Shown: one piece after another, positions 24,194 through 32,998 of the stretch
Layout: every line of letters begins with the position of its first letter
How positions within the stretch are numbered: position 1 is the stretch's first letter
Source: an uncultured Candidatus Saccharibacteria bacterium
GTDB taxonomy: Bacteria; Patescibacteriota; Minisyncoccia; Ryanbacterales; GWA2-47-10b
Direction: 5' to 3'
DNA length: 43,068 nt
Assembly (NCBI GenBank): GCA_964653715.1
Contig: CAZZGX010000019.1
Location: 1-43,068, forward strand
Notes under the pieces: generated by a model
Databases searched by the model: none
What the model saw: only the letters and a program-made list of their open reading frames with translations
Told to the model about the DNA's origin: nothing
Position numbers and translations under genes: made by a program

Positions 24194-25236
24194 AATTCTA
24201 GCGTAGCATGCGCCATGAGGCGCTTCCAGTTTGTAAAATCTTTTTTCCGAGCGTGAAAATATCCGGCCGCCGCGATCATTGCGGCATTGTCAGTCGTGAG
24301 TTTCGGAAGCGGGAGATGAAGATTCGCCGTGGTTTTGTTTTTTTTAATTTCGTATTGTATACGGCTCCGCAAGTGTTTGTTTGCCGCTACTCCGCCCCCA
24401 AGAACAAGTGAGCGCGTACGAAATTTTTGGAGCGCGCTAAGTGTTTTTGAAACAAGCACGTCCACGGCTGCTTCTTGGAAAGAAGCGGCCACGTCGCTTT
24501 TTGAAACTCGCGCGCTTTTTTCTTTCAGATCTCGGAGCGTGTAAAGAACTGCGGTTTTAAGCCCCGAAAAGCTGAAATTGAAATCTTTTGAACGCATCAT
24601 GGGGCGTGGGAATGGGAACGCGGCGGGGTTGCCAGATTTTGCGAGGCGCGCCAACTCCGGTCCGCCCGGGTAGGGAAGGCCCAGCATACGTGCCACCTTG
24701 TCAAAAGCTTCGCCCGCGGCGTCATCCTGCGTCTCGCCAATTTTTTTATATTTGAGCCAGCTTGAGGCAAAAATAAGTTCCGTGTGCCCGCCCGACACAA
24801 GAAGCGCGAGCATCGGAAAGCGAATTGGTTTTTCGCGCGGGTTCAGAAGTACCGCAGCTAAATGCCCTTCCATGTGATTGGCGGCAACAACTGGAATTTG
24901 CCATTTTTGTGCGAGATCTTTTGCAAAATTAATTCCAGTCCAGAGCGCGGGCTCAAGTCCGGGTCCTGTGGTTACGGCGAGCACGTCAGGCTTTACGATC
25001 TTTGCTTTCAGGAGAGCCTTATTAAGGACAATTGGCAGATTTTTAATATGCTCGCGTTTAGCTAGATTAGGCACAACGCCACCCCACCTGGAGTGAATTT
25101 TTATTTGCGAGGCGACAACGCTCGAGAGAATTTTAAACCGCGGCAATCTAAAACCCCCCGATCCCTCAACAACAGCCACCGCCGTCTCATCGCAGGATGT
25201 TTCTATTGCAAGAATGGTAATAGATTTTTTACTCAT
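24190..25236 (-). CDS. tsaD: tRNA N6-adenosine threonylcarbamoyltransferase TsaD
   Basis: ILAIETSCDETAVAVV, NHMEGHL metal site, VSGGHTE, GGVAAN. Confidence 0.9.
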   Translation of the reverse strand: MSKKSITILAIETSCDETAVAVVEGSGGFRLPRFKILSSVVASQIKIHSRWGGVVPNLAKREHIKNLPIVLNKALLKAKIVKPDVLAVTTGPGLEPALWTGINFAKDLAQKWQIPVVAANHMEGHLAAVLLNPREKPIRFPMLALLVSGGHTELIFASSWLKYKKIGETQDDAAGEAFDKVARMLGLPYPGGPELARLAKSGNPAAFPFPRPMMRSKDFNFSFSGLKTAVLYTLRDLKEKSARVSKSDVAASFQEAAVDVLVSKTLSALQKFRTRSLVLGGGVAANKHLRSRIQYEIKKNKTTANLHLPLPKLTTDNAAMIAAAGYFHARKKDFTNWKRLMAHATLEL

Positions 25237-25243
25237 TACGATG

Positions 25244-25317
25244 TGGGCCCGTCCAGACTCGAACTGGAGACCTTTCGCATGTCAAGCGAACGCTCTAACC
25301 AACTGAGCTACGGGCCC
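25244..25317 (-). tRNA. tRNA-Val (anticodon GAC)
   Basis: Reverse strand: acceptor GGGCCCG/CGGGCCC, anticodon arm TTCGC-TTGACAT-GCGAA, T arm TCCAG-TTCGAGT-CTGGA. 74 nt. Its 3' end lies 7 nt before the tsaD ATG. Confidence 0.9.
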
Positions 25318-25337
25318 AACAGGCATTTTGTATTGAG

Positions 25338-25346
25338 AGTGTATCA
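25338..25346 (-). promoter_or_regulatory. Extended -10 TGaTACACT (minus strand) upstream of tRNA-Val(GAC)-tsaD-valS-prsW-hsp20
   Basis: Reverse complement of AGTGTATCA, about 20 nt upstream of the tRNA 5' end. Confidence 0.5.
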
Positions 25347-25396
25347 ATTTTCACTTAAAAAATAAAGTCAGGCGGCTTTTCTTTTCAAACAAAACG

Positions 25397-25405
25397 TGCT
25401 ACGAT
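25397..25405 (+). promoter_or_regulatory. Extended -10 TGcTACGAT upstream of tRNA-Glu and the efflux operon
   Basis: Predicted +1 near 25412, about 40 nt before the tRNA. Confidence 0.5.
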
Positions 25406-25451
25406 GTCAAGCGTTCGGAAACGCGCCTTTCGAAGCTCTGTGGCGTAGGAG

Positions 25452-25526
25452 GGCCCCATCGTCTAATGGTTAGGACGGCGCTCTTTCAAGGCGTAAATAC
25501 GGGTTCGATTCCCGTTGGGGCCGCCA
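25452..25526 (+). tRNA. tRNA-Glu (anticodon TTC) with genomically encoded CCA
   Basis: Acceptor GGCCCCA/TGGGGCC, D arm GTCT-AATGGTTA-GGAC, anticodon loop CTTTCAA, T arm ACGGG-TTCGATT-CCCGT, discriminator G 25523, CCA 25524-25526. Confidence 0.85.
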
Positions 25527-27061
25527 TGAGGAAAAAAATAATTATTGCTCTTATCATCGCGGTTTTAGGCGCTGGAAGCTACTTTCTTTTTAGAAAAAAA
25601 ACTTCTGCCCTGCAGTTTGTCACGATTAAAAGGGGCGATGTGGTTGAGGAAGTAAGTGTGACTGGGCGCGTTAAGGCGTCCGAGAATGTTGCGCTCGCGT
25701 TTGAAAAAAGCGGCAAAGTGTCTTGGGTCAACGTGAAAGTTGGCGATCATGTGGGCGCTGGTTGGGCGCTTGTCTTGCTTTCCGGTGGGGATCTTGAGGC
25801 GCAGCTTGCCCAAGCTGAGGCAAGTGTCAAAGCGGAAAAGGCAAAACTTGCGAAACTTAAACGAGGCGCTCGCCCCGAAGAACTCGAAATTGAGGTGGTA
25901 AAAGTAAAGAATGCGGGTATTGCAGTCGAGAGCGCAAAAAATAATGCGGTCGAGATATTGCGCGATGTCTACACAAAGGCAGATGATACCGTACGACGAC
26001 GAATTGACCAGTTTTTTTTGAACCCCCGTACTCCAAGCGCAACACTCACCTTTACCCCGGGTCTTCAGTTGAAATCCGATATTGAGGTTGGGCGGACTGC
26101 TATCGAGCCGCTTTTAGTACGATGGGAGAGCGAACTCGATTCTCTTTCGCTTGCGAGCAACTTCCTCGGCGAGACTCTGCGCGCAAAGCAAAACTTGACT
26201 GTAATAAAATCTTTTCTTGATGCAGTGGCGCTCGCTGTCAACGGCCTTACGGCAAACTCAAACTTCACTCAAGCGACGATAGACGCGTGGAAGGGTGACA
26301 TCTCGACGGCGCGTACCAATGTCAATGCCGCCTTTTCAAGCCTTGCGGCCGCAGAGGAAAAGTTACGTGTAGCAGAATCCAATCTTAGTTTTGCAAATGA
26401 GGAGTATAATCTTACAAAAGCAGGTTCCACTGAGGAAGACATCAATGCACAGATGGCGGTGCTCGAAGGAGCCCAGGCACAAGTAAAAAATATCCAAGCG
26501 GATCTTTCAAAAAACGTAATTTTTGCGCCATTTTCCGGAGTTGTGACTAAACAAGAAGCAAAAATCGGCGAAATTGTAGCATCCAACGCCCCACTCATCT
26601 CGCTCCAGAGCGACGGCGCGTATGAGATCGAATCCAACGTGCCGGAAGTCGATATTAGCAAGATAAAAGTTGGCGACCCTGTCTCAATTACACTCGACGC
26701 GTTTTCGGGCGAATATTTCCCCGGGAAAGTAGTCGCGGTGGATCCCGCGGAAACAATTGTCGATGGCGTCGTCAACTTTAAAGTAACGATTCTTTTTGAC
26801 ACAGTCACTCCACGACTCAAAAGCGGTCTCACGGCAAATCTGAATATTGAGACGCTTCGCAAATCTGGAGTTCTCGTGCTGCCGCAATTTGCTATTATCG
26901 AAAACGATTCCGGAACATTTATACGAAAAATGGAAAACGGAAAGCCGACCGATATTCCGGTAACGCTGGGTATTCGAGGCCGCGATGGGGACGTCGAAGT
27001 GATATCGGGGCTTGCCGAGGGCGACCAAGTTGTCAATATCGGACTGAAAAACGCCGAGTAA
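25526..27061 (+). CDS. HlyD/MacA-type periplasmic adaptor (membrane fusion protein)
   Basis: N-terminal TM (IIIALIIAVLGAGSYFLF), barrel-sandwich and long coiled-coil regions. Start re-picked at ATG 25526; the track ORF from 25466 translates the tRNA. Confidence 0.8.
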   Translation: MRKKIIIALIIAVLGAGSYFLFRKKTSALQFVTIKRGDVVEEVSVTGRVKASENVALAFEKSGKVSWVNVKVGDHVGAGWALVLLSGGDLEAQLAQAEASVKAEKAKLAKLKRGARPEELEIEVVKVKNAGIAVESAKNNAVEILRDVYTKADDTVRRRIDQFFLNPRTPSATLTFTPGLQLKSDIEVGRTAIEPLLVRWESELDSLSLASNFLGETLRAKQNLTVIKSFLDAVALAVNGLTANSNFTQATIDAWKGDISTARTNVNAAFSSLAAAEEKLRVAESNLSFANEEYNLTKAGSTEEDINAQMAVLEGAQAQVKNIQADLSKNVIFAPFSGVVTKQEAKIGEIVASNAPLISLQSDGAYEIESNVPEVDISKIKVGDPVSITLDAFSGEYFPGKVVAVDPAETIVDGVVNFKVTILFDTVTPRLKSGLTANLNIETLRKSGVLVLPQFAIIENDSGTFIRKMENGKPTDIPVTLGIRGRDGDVEVISGLAEGDQVVNIGLKNAE

Positions 27062-27771
27062 TGATCAGCATTCGAGAGCTCTCCAAAGAGTATCGTGAAA
27101 AGGAGTCAGTCACGCACGCTCTCCAAGCGGTTTCTTTTGAAATAAAAAAAGGAGAATTTGTCGCTATTATGGGACCCTCGGGATCGGGTAAGTCCACCCT
27201 GTTACATATCCTTAGTTTTCTTGAGCGCCCCTCCTCTGGTTTGTACACGTTTCTCGGGAGGTCAATCGATGAGCTTGCTGACGAGGATCTCGCTCATATC
27301 CGCAACAAAGAAATCGGGTTCGTGTTCCAATCGTTCAATTTGCTCGCGCGCTTTTCTGTGTATGAAAATGTCGAAATGCCGCTTCTCTACTCCACCATAG
27401 CTTCAGGTGCCCGAAAATCTCTCGTTGAAAAAGCAGTTGAAGCGGTTGGGTTGCCAGAGAAAATCCGTACCGAGGCAGGGAATCTTTCGGGTGGGCAAAA
27501 ACAGCGAGTCGCGATCGCGCGAGCACTTGTAAACGACCCAAATGTAATCTTTGCCGACGAGCCGACCGGCAATCTTGATTCCAGGTCAGGGGCACAGATT
27601 ATGGAAATTCTGGAAAACCTCAACGATAAGGGGCGTACCATCATATTGGTAACACACGAAACATACACGGCGGAATTTGCCGACCGCCTGATCCACCTCC
27701 GTGACGGCAAGATCGAGTCAGACGAAAAGGTAAAAGAAAAGCGCCGCCACCGCGAGGAATTTTTCAAATAA
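27061..27771 (+). CDS. ABC transporter ATP-binding protein (MacB/LolD/YknY-like)
   Basis: Walker [12 protein letters not shown], signature [15 protein letters not shown], Walker [17 protein letters not shown] overlap with the adaptor gene stop. Confidence 0.9.
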   Translation: MISIRELSKEYREKESVTHALQAVSFEIKKGEFVAIMGPSGSGKSTLLHILSFLERPSSGLYTFLGRSIDELADEDLAHIRNKEIGFVFQSFNLLARFSVYENVEMPLLYSTIASGARKSLVEKAVEAVGLPEKIRTEAGNLSGGQKQRVAIARALVNDPNVIFADEPTGNLDSRSGAQIMEILENLNDKGRTIILVTHETYTAEFADRLIHLRDGKIESDEKVKEKRRHREEFFK

Positions 27772-27773
27772 TT

Positions 27774-29018
27774 ATGAAATACTCCGATGCCGTTCGAACC
27801 GCTACCCGAGGGCTCCAGCACGCGAGAGTCCGCTCAATGCTTACGATGCTCGGAATCGTTATCGGCATTGCTTCCGTCATACTTCTCATGTCCATCGGTT
27901 CCTCGGTCCAAAAACTGATCCTCGATCAGGTTCAAAATATCGGCTCGAATCTCATTTTCATTATCCCCGGAGCGACCAAGGGTTCACGATTTGCCTCACC
28001 TCCCTCGGTGCAAGGCGTGGTTATCAAAACGCTTGTAAAAAACGATCTAGATGCCTTACGAAACGAGCCCACAATCGCAAAAGCCGCGCCCGAAGTCCGT
28101 GGGCAAGCAAAAATTGTTTACGGCAACAACGATACAACCATAACATACGACGGAACCAGTGGAGATTTTTTCTCGATTCGCAATTTTACCTTGACGCGCG
28201 GAAATCCTTTTACCGATTCAGACGTTGATTCATTCAACCGCGTGGCAGTTTTGGGTTCCGAAATTTCAAAAACGCTTTTCGGGGATGTTGACCCTGTCGG
28301 GAAAATGATCCGCCTTAAAGATATCTCATTTCGCGTGGTAGGAGTTCTTGATAAGAAGGGACTGGGACCGTTCGGGGTTGATCAGGATAACATTGTTTTG
28401 ATCCCAATCTCTGTTGCCCAAAAACAGCTCTTGGGGATTGACCATTATAACGCGATAACCGTTCAGGCTGCGGACGCTTATAATGTCGTGTTTATCCAGT
28501 CGCGAATTGTTTCAATCTTACGGCAAACTCACCACGTCACCGACCCCGAAAAGGACGACTTTACCATTCGCACGCAAGAGGACGCCCTTGCGCTTTTAGG
28601 CAACATCACCTCCATTCTTACGGTTTTTCTGACTTCGATCGCGCTCATTTCGCTGGTTGTTGGCGGGATTGGAATTATGAATATTATGCTTGTTTCAGTT
28701 GTCGAGCGGACAAAAGAAATCGGGCTCCGGAAGGCGCTAGGCGCTACCAACAAAGACATATTGCAGCAATTTCTGTTTGAGGCCATTATTCTCACCTTCA
28801 TTGGCGGGATTGCGGGGATATTCTTTGGTTCACTCCTTACTATTACAGTATATTTTGTGCTTATCGGCGTTCTCCCCGTGGGTTGGACGTTTTCGCTCCC
28901 CCCATCCGCTATTGTCTTGGCGCTTGCCGTCTCGTCGCTCACTGGGATAGTCTTTGGTATTTTTCCTGCCCGGCAGGCAGCAAAGAAAAATCCGATAGAG
29001 GCACTCCGGTATGAGTAA
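27774..29018 (+). CDS. ABC transporter permease (MacB_PCD + FtsX domain, YknZ-like)
   Basis: N-terminal TM, large extracytoplasmic domain and C-terminal FtsX-type 3-TM bundle ([10 protein letters not shown]). Confidence 0.85.
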   Translation: MKYSDAVRTATRGLQHARVRSMLTMLGIVIGIASVILLMSIGSSVQKLILDQVQNIGSNLIFIIPGATKGSRFASPPSVQGVVIKTLVKNDLDALRNEPTIAKAAPEVRGQAKIVYGNNDTTITYDGTSGDFFSIRNFTLTRGNPFTDSDVDSFNRVAVLGSEISKTLFGDVDPVGKMIRLKDISFRVVGVLDKKGLGPFGVDQDNIVLIPISVAQKQLLGIDHYNAITVQAADAYNVVFIQSRIVSILRQTHHVTDPEKDDFTIRTQEDALALLGNITSILTVFLTSIALISLVVGGIGIMNIMLVSVVERTKEIGLRKALGATNKDILQQFLFEAIILTFIGGIAGIFFGSLLTITVYFVLIGVLPVGWTFSLPPSAIVLALAVSSLTGIVFGIFPARQAAKKNPIEALRYE

Positions 29019-29059
29019 TCTTTTTTTGTTGCGAACTTCGTTATATACTGGAAATCATT

Positions 29060-29750
29060 ATGCCTGAGTATTCGGTCAAGCACGTTGCCATTATCCCAGA
29101 CGGAAACCGCAGATGGGCTCGCGCGAGAAACCTTTCGCCGTGGCTGGGGCATAAAGAAGGAGTTGTTGCCTACGAAAACATTCTCAAAAAAGCGCTCGAC
29201 CTCAATGTCTACTGCCTTTCTTTTTGGGGGATGAGCACCGACAATATAACAAAGCGCGAAGCTCGGGAGGTGAAATTTCTTCTTGGCTATTTTTCAGAGA
29301 CGATCATGAAAGCGCTGGGAAGCGAAGATTTGAAAAAAAAACGATGTTCGTGTGTCAATTGTAGGTAAGTGGCGTGAACAATTTCCGAAAAAACTTGTAG
29401 AGCAGGGAGAGAAGTTGATTACTGAAACCCGAGAGCGAAAGCGCCATATCGTCAACCTGCTTATGTGCTACGATGGCAAGTCAGAGATGATGGATGCATT
29501 TCGCCGCGCGCTTGCATCAGGTAAGCAATTCACCTCTCCCAAGGAATTTCTCTTAACGTCCAAGCTCCCTCCGGTGGATCTTGTGATTCGCACGGGCGGC
29601 GATCCGCATCTCTCGGCAGGTTTCATGATGTGGGATACGGCCGATGCCCAGCTCTTTTTTTCCGACAAGCTGTGGCCCGATTTTGAGCCTTCAGATTTTG
29701 AGGCCGCCATCAAGGAATTTCAAAAACGCGAACGCCGTTTTGGAGCATAA
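29060..29750 (+). pseudogene. uppS: Undecaprenyl-diphosphate (cis-isoprenyl) synthase UppS, reading frame broken at an A9 tract
   Basis: N-part (29060-29368) has VAIIPDGNRRWA. The continuation DVRVSIVGKWREQFP...CYDGKSEMMDA...DLVIRTGGDPHLSAGFMMW...F..KLWPDF is in the +1 frame after A9 at 29333-29341. Confidence 0.85.
29333..29341 (+). repeat. A9 homopolymer at the uppS frame break
   Basis: ttg-aaaaaaaaa-cgatgtt. With A8 the frame would read LKKNDVRVSIVGKW continuously. Confidence 0.95.
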
Positions 29751-29772
29751 GTCTTCATGATACACTGAAGGT

Positions 29773-30120
29773 ATGGTCTCATACCTCCAAGAAGTTTTTC
29801 AGGCATGGCGGAATGTTCATTGGTTTTTGTATCATTTCTTCTCACTTGGGATTCTTGCTAAAACTTTTATTGCTCCGTTTCATCGCATTCGAGAACAAAC
29901 AACCCGCGGGTTCCACCCGCAGGAATTTTTTGAGGTTCTCATTATCAATATCGTAACTCGTTGTGTCGGCATGATTGTCCGCGCCGTAGTCATCTTTTTT
30001 GGTCTCGCGGCACAACTTATGGCATTTGTTCTCGGCACCGGATTCCTACTTGCGGCGCTTTTCGCGCCCATTCTTGTCCCCGCCGCTATTCTATATGGTT
30101 TTTTACTTGCCATTTTTTAA
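29773..30120 (+). CDS. Hypothetical small integral membrane protein
   Basis: 115 aa with 3 predicted hydrophobic helices; ends 3 nt before the Clp-like gene. Confidence 0.6.
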   Translation: MVSYLQEVFQAWRNVHWFLYHFFSLGILAKTFIAPFHRIREQTTRGFHPQEFFEVLIINIVTRCVGMIVRAVVIFFGLAAQLMAFVLGTGFLLAALFAPILVPAAILYGFLLAIF

Positions 30121-30123
30121 CAT

Positions 30124-32556
30124 ATGGAACAAATAATATTTTCGAAAGACACCCCGCGCGTGTTCTGGGCGATGAAAATAGACGCTCTCATGGGAAAGCG
30201 GGCGCGAAAGATTTTGCTCGAGGCCTCTTTTTCTCTTTTTGTTTTAGCACTTATTTTTTTCGCCTTTCGTTCATACGCTCCGACCAATTTTGCCATTGTG
30301 CAAGGAGTATCGGCATCTCGAGTGTTTGGCCTCATACTTATATTTTTTGGAGTTTTTCTCGGTTTAGGTCTCGTTGAGTTTTTTTATACCTCGTCGCTTG
30401 TTTCTGGGAAAGTGTTTGGGCGTGGAGGCAAAGAATATATTTTTGGTCTCGAGGCGCTTTGGATGTTGGGAAGCGACGGAGAGGTATATCATAATTTGAT
30501 CCGCAGACAGTTTGGCAAATTTCTTGCACTTCGCCTCGGTATTCCATACGAAACGCTTAAAAATTTTTGCAGAGAAAGAGGCACCCCTCCCGATTTTCTC
30601 AAAAAGGTAGCCGACTTTGCTGATCGGGGAAAGTCCGCGCTGGTCAGAGCTCCCGATCTTTTGGAGATTTTATGGGAGGCGGATAAAAATTTTGCCGAGC
30701 TCTTTTTCGGGCTTACCGTCAAAAAGGAAGAACTTTTGGGCGCTGCAGCGTGGGTGGGAAAAGAGCTCGAAAGCGAAGCGACAAGAAGTCGTTGGTGGGA
30801 ACGCGGCAATCTTTCGCGTATCCCGGGGATCGCAAAAGATTTCGGTTTTGGCTACACGTTTACGCTTGACGACTATTCGCGCGAAGTTCTTGCCTCCCAG
30901 GCGCCGTTTGCCCAAGAGACGCGAGAGGAAGAAATTGAAAAAATTGAAAGCGTTCTCGCGCGCTCATACGAAGCAAATCTCATTTTGGTGGGGGAAGAAG
31001 GTACCGGCAAGCACGTAATACTCGAAGGGCTCGCGCGCCGCATCGCATCCGGTAGCGTGGTATCCGCGCTCGAACACAAGCGTCTTTGCGTTCTCGACTA
31101 TCAAAGTATGTCCGCCACGTCAAAGTCAAAGCCAAATTACGAGGCGCTTACTATAAAGATTTTCAACGAAGCGGTGCGCGCCGGAAATATTATTATCGTT
31201 CTGGAGGATTTCCCGGATTTTCTCGCATCAAGCTCCGCGTTGGGGGTGGACGTACTTACGCTCCTCGAGCCCTATCTTTCAGGCTCTCGCATCCAGATGA
31301 TCGCGCTTTCAGACAAAGCCCGATTTCATCGGGACCTCGAGCCTGTAGGAAAAATTTCAAAACTTTTTGAAAAAATCGAGCTCGAGGAACCAAGCTCCGA
31401 ACGTCTTATGCGAATGCTTGAAGATGTCGCTTCCTCCATTGAGGCGCGCGCGAGAAAAATTTTTACGTATCAGGCGATCGTCGTGGCTCTTGAGCTTGCC
31501 GATCGCTACATCACTGAAGGGGCGATGCCCGAGAAAGCGATTGATCTCTTGGATGAAACGGTCTCGGGTACAGTGGCCTCCATTATTTATCGCGAAGATG
31601 TGGAACGGATAGTTGAGCGGCGGACTCATATCCCCACCGAGAAAGCAAAAGGCGAGGAGCGCGAAAAGCTTCTTCACTTGGAAGAACTTCTTCATACGCG
31701 GATGATCAATCAAGATCAGGCGATTAAGCAAGTTGCGAATGCTTTGCGGAGAGCACGATCCGGACTCAAGGGAACAACTCGTCCCATCGGCTCTTTTCTC
31801 TTTTTGGGGCCGACTGGAGTTGGCAAAACGGAGACCGCAAAAGCGCTTGCCGAGATGTATTTCGGAGGTGCCGCAAATATGAGCCGGTTTGATATGTCTG
31901 AATTTCAAGGGGAGGACGGACTCAAAAAACTTGCTGGTGCTTATGGTTCGAAAGAGCCGGGCGCGCTTGCCGTAAAACTTCGCGAAAAGCCGTTTAGCCT
32001 TCTCCTCTTTGATGAATTTGAAAAGGCATCGCGCGAAATTCACAATCTCTTTTTACAGATTCTTGACGAGGGATTTTTCTCGGATGCCGCGGGCAAAAAA
32101 GTCTCGGCGCGCGAGACAATGATTATCGCAACATCCAACGCGGGTGCCGCGACCATAATCGATCTCCTGAAAGCGGGCAAAGATCCGGCCGAGATTCAAG
32201 ATACTGTGGTAGATGCCGTACGCACTCAAAACATTTTTACGCCGGAGCTTCTCAATCGTTTTGACGCGGTTGTCGTCTACCACCCGCTAAAGCCCGCAGA
32301 GCTCGAAGAGGTGGCGACGCTTCTTTTAAAAGAGCTCGCGTTGCGGCTCGAGGTACAAGAGATTCACTTCAAGCCTTCAAAGGAGCTCGCCAAAAAAATC
32401 GTTGAGATCGGCTACGATCCGCTCAACGGCGCGCGTCCCATGCGCCGAGCCATCGCCGACCGCGTCGAGCAAGTCATCGCCAAGAAAATTCTCGAAGGCT
32501 CCCTCAACCGCGGCGATTCGTTTAGTTTTAGCAAAGAAGAAATCACTGCGCTATAA
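30124..32556 (+). CDS. Membrane-anchored ClpA/ClpB-family AAA+ ATPase with a degenerate first nucleotide-binding domain
   Basis: Two N-terminal TM helices replace the Clp_N domain. D1 Walker A reads GEEGTGKH and Walker B IIIVLEDF (both non-canonical). D2 is canonical (GPTGVGKTETAKALAE, LLLFDEFEKA). AMPEKAIDLLDET linker; no M-domain coiled coil. Confidence 0.8.
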   Translation: MEQIIFSKDTPRVFWAMKIDALMGKRARKILLEASFSLFVLALIFFAFRSYAPTNFAIVQGVSASRVFGLILIFFGVFLGLGLVEFFYTSSLVSGKVFGRGGKEYIFGLEALWMLGSDGEVYHNLIRRQFGKFLALRLGIPYETLKNFCRERGTPPDFLKKVADFADRGKSALVRAPDLLEILWEADKNFAELFFGLTVKKEELLGAAAWVGKELESEATRSRWWERGNLSRIPGIAKDFGFGYTFTLDDYSREVLASQAPFAQETREEEIEKIESVLARSYEANLILVGEEGTGKHVILEGLARRIASGSVVSALEHKRLCVLDYQSMSATSKSKPNYEALTIKIFNEAVRAGNIIIVLEDFPDFLASSSALGVDVLTLLEPYLSGSRIQMIALSDKARFHRDLEPVGKISKLFEKIELEEPSSERLMRMLEDVASSIEARARKIFTYQAIVVALELADRYITEGAMPEKAIDLLDETVSGTVASIIYREDVERIVERRTHIPTEKAKGEEREKLLHLEELLHTRMINQDQAIKQVANALRRARSGLKGTTRPIGSFLFLGPTGVGKTETAKALAEMYFGGAANMSRFDMSEFQGEDGLKKLAGAYGSKEPGALAVKLREKPFSLLLFDEFEKASREIHNLFLQILDEGFFSDAAGKKVSARETMIIATSNAGAATIIDLLKAGKDPAEIQDTVVDAVRTQNIFTPELLNRFDAVVVYHPLKPAELEEVATLLLKELALRLEVQEIHFKPSKELAKKIVEIGYDPLNGARPMRRAIADRVEQVIAKKILEGSLNRGDSFSFSKEEITAL

Positions 32557-32557
32557 T
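32552..32557 (+). promoter_or_regulatory. -10 box TATAAT, 5 nt before the HIT ATG 32563
   Basis: Overlaps the Clp-like gene stop codon. Confidence 0.4.
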
Positions 32558-32562
32558 GAAAT

Positions 32563-32976
32563 ATGGACTCCTGTATTTTTTGTAAAATTGGGAAAGGGGA
32601 GATTGTGGCTGAGAAGGTATACGAGGATGAGCATGTTTTTGCGTTTCTCGACATTATGCCGAGAGCGCCGGGGCATACGATGGTCATTCCCAAAACGCAC
32701 GCGAAGAGTTTTCTTGAACTTCCATCGGCATCCGTCGGTCCATTTTTCGAAGGCGTGCAAAAAGTGCTCGGTATGGTGAGCCACGCGCTCAAACCTGACG
32801 GCTTCACGCTCGGGATGAACCACGGCAAAGTTTCCGGGCAAGAGATCGACCATCTTCATTTTCACATTATGCCACGCTGGCAGGACGACAAAGGCCACTC
32901 TATTCAGTCCGTGGTCGCGAATCCTCCGAAAGAAGATTTAAAATCAATCGCCGCAAAAATTAAAAGCGCAAAGTAA
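32563..32976 (+). CDS. HIT family (histidine triad) protein
   Basis: CIFCKI...HLHFHIMPR histidine triad. Confidence 0.85.
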   Translation: MDSCIFCKIGKGEIVAEKVYEDEHVFAFLDIMPRAPGHTMVIPKTHAKSFLELPSASVGPFFEGVQKVLGMVSHALKPDGFTLGMNHGKVSGQEIDHLHFHIMPRWQDDKGHSIQSVVANPPKEDLKSIAAKIKSAK

Positions 32977-32998
32977 AACCCCCGCCGCGGCGGGGGTT
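32977..32998. terminator. GC-rich hairpin between convergent HIT and S41 peptidase genes
   Basis: AACCCCCGCC-gc-GGCGGGGGTT; overlaps the S41 stop codon; near-identical core to the hairpin at 20735-20756. Confidence 0.65.

Noticed and set aside
25404-25414. 10-nt match ATGTCAAGCG between the tRNA-Glu leader and the tRNA-Val(GAC) anticodon arm (25279-25288)
   Set aside because: Ten-mers recur by chance hundreds of times in a window this size, and there is no supporting structure.
25466-25525. Track ORF start at 25466 adds 20 codons (MVRTALFQGVNTGSIPVGAA) to the HlyD-like gene
   Set aside because: Those codons are a translation of the tRNA-Glu body (the ATG lies in the D-loop). The membrane anchor begins right after ATG 25526.
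26269-27036. Long antisense ORFs opposite well-supported genes, e.g. 26269-27036, 31357-32043, 28529-29152, 19006-19554, 15191-15634, 15992-16399, 10188-10667, 4662-5234, 3941-4360 and 14758-15144
   Set aside because: These are shadow ORFs inside genes whose sense-strand products carry clear family motifs. Their translations are low-complexity (Ser/Arg/Pro-rich) with no motifs.
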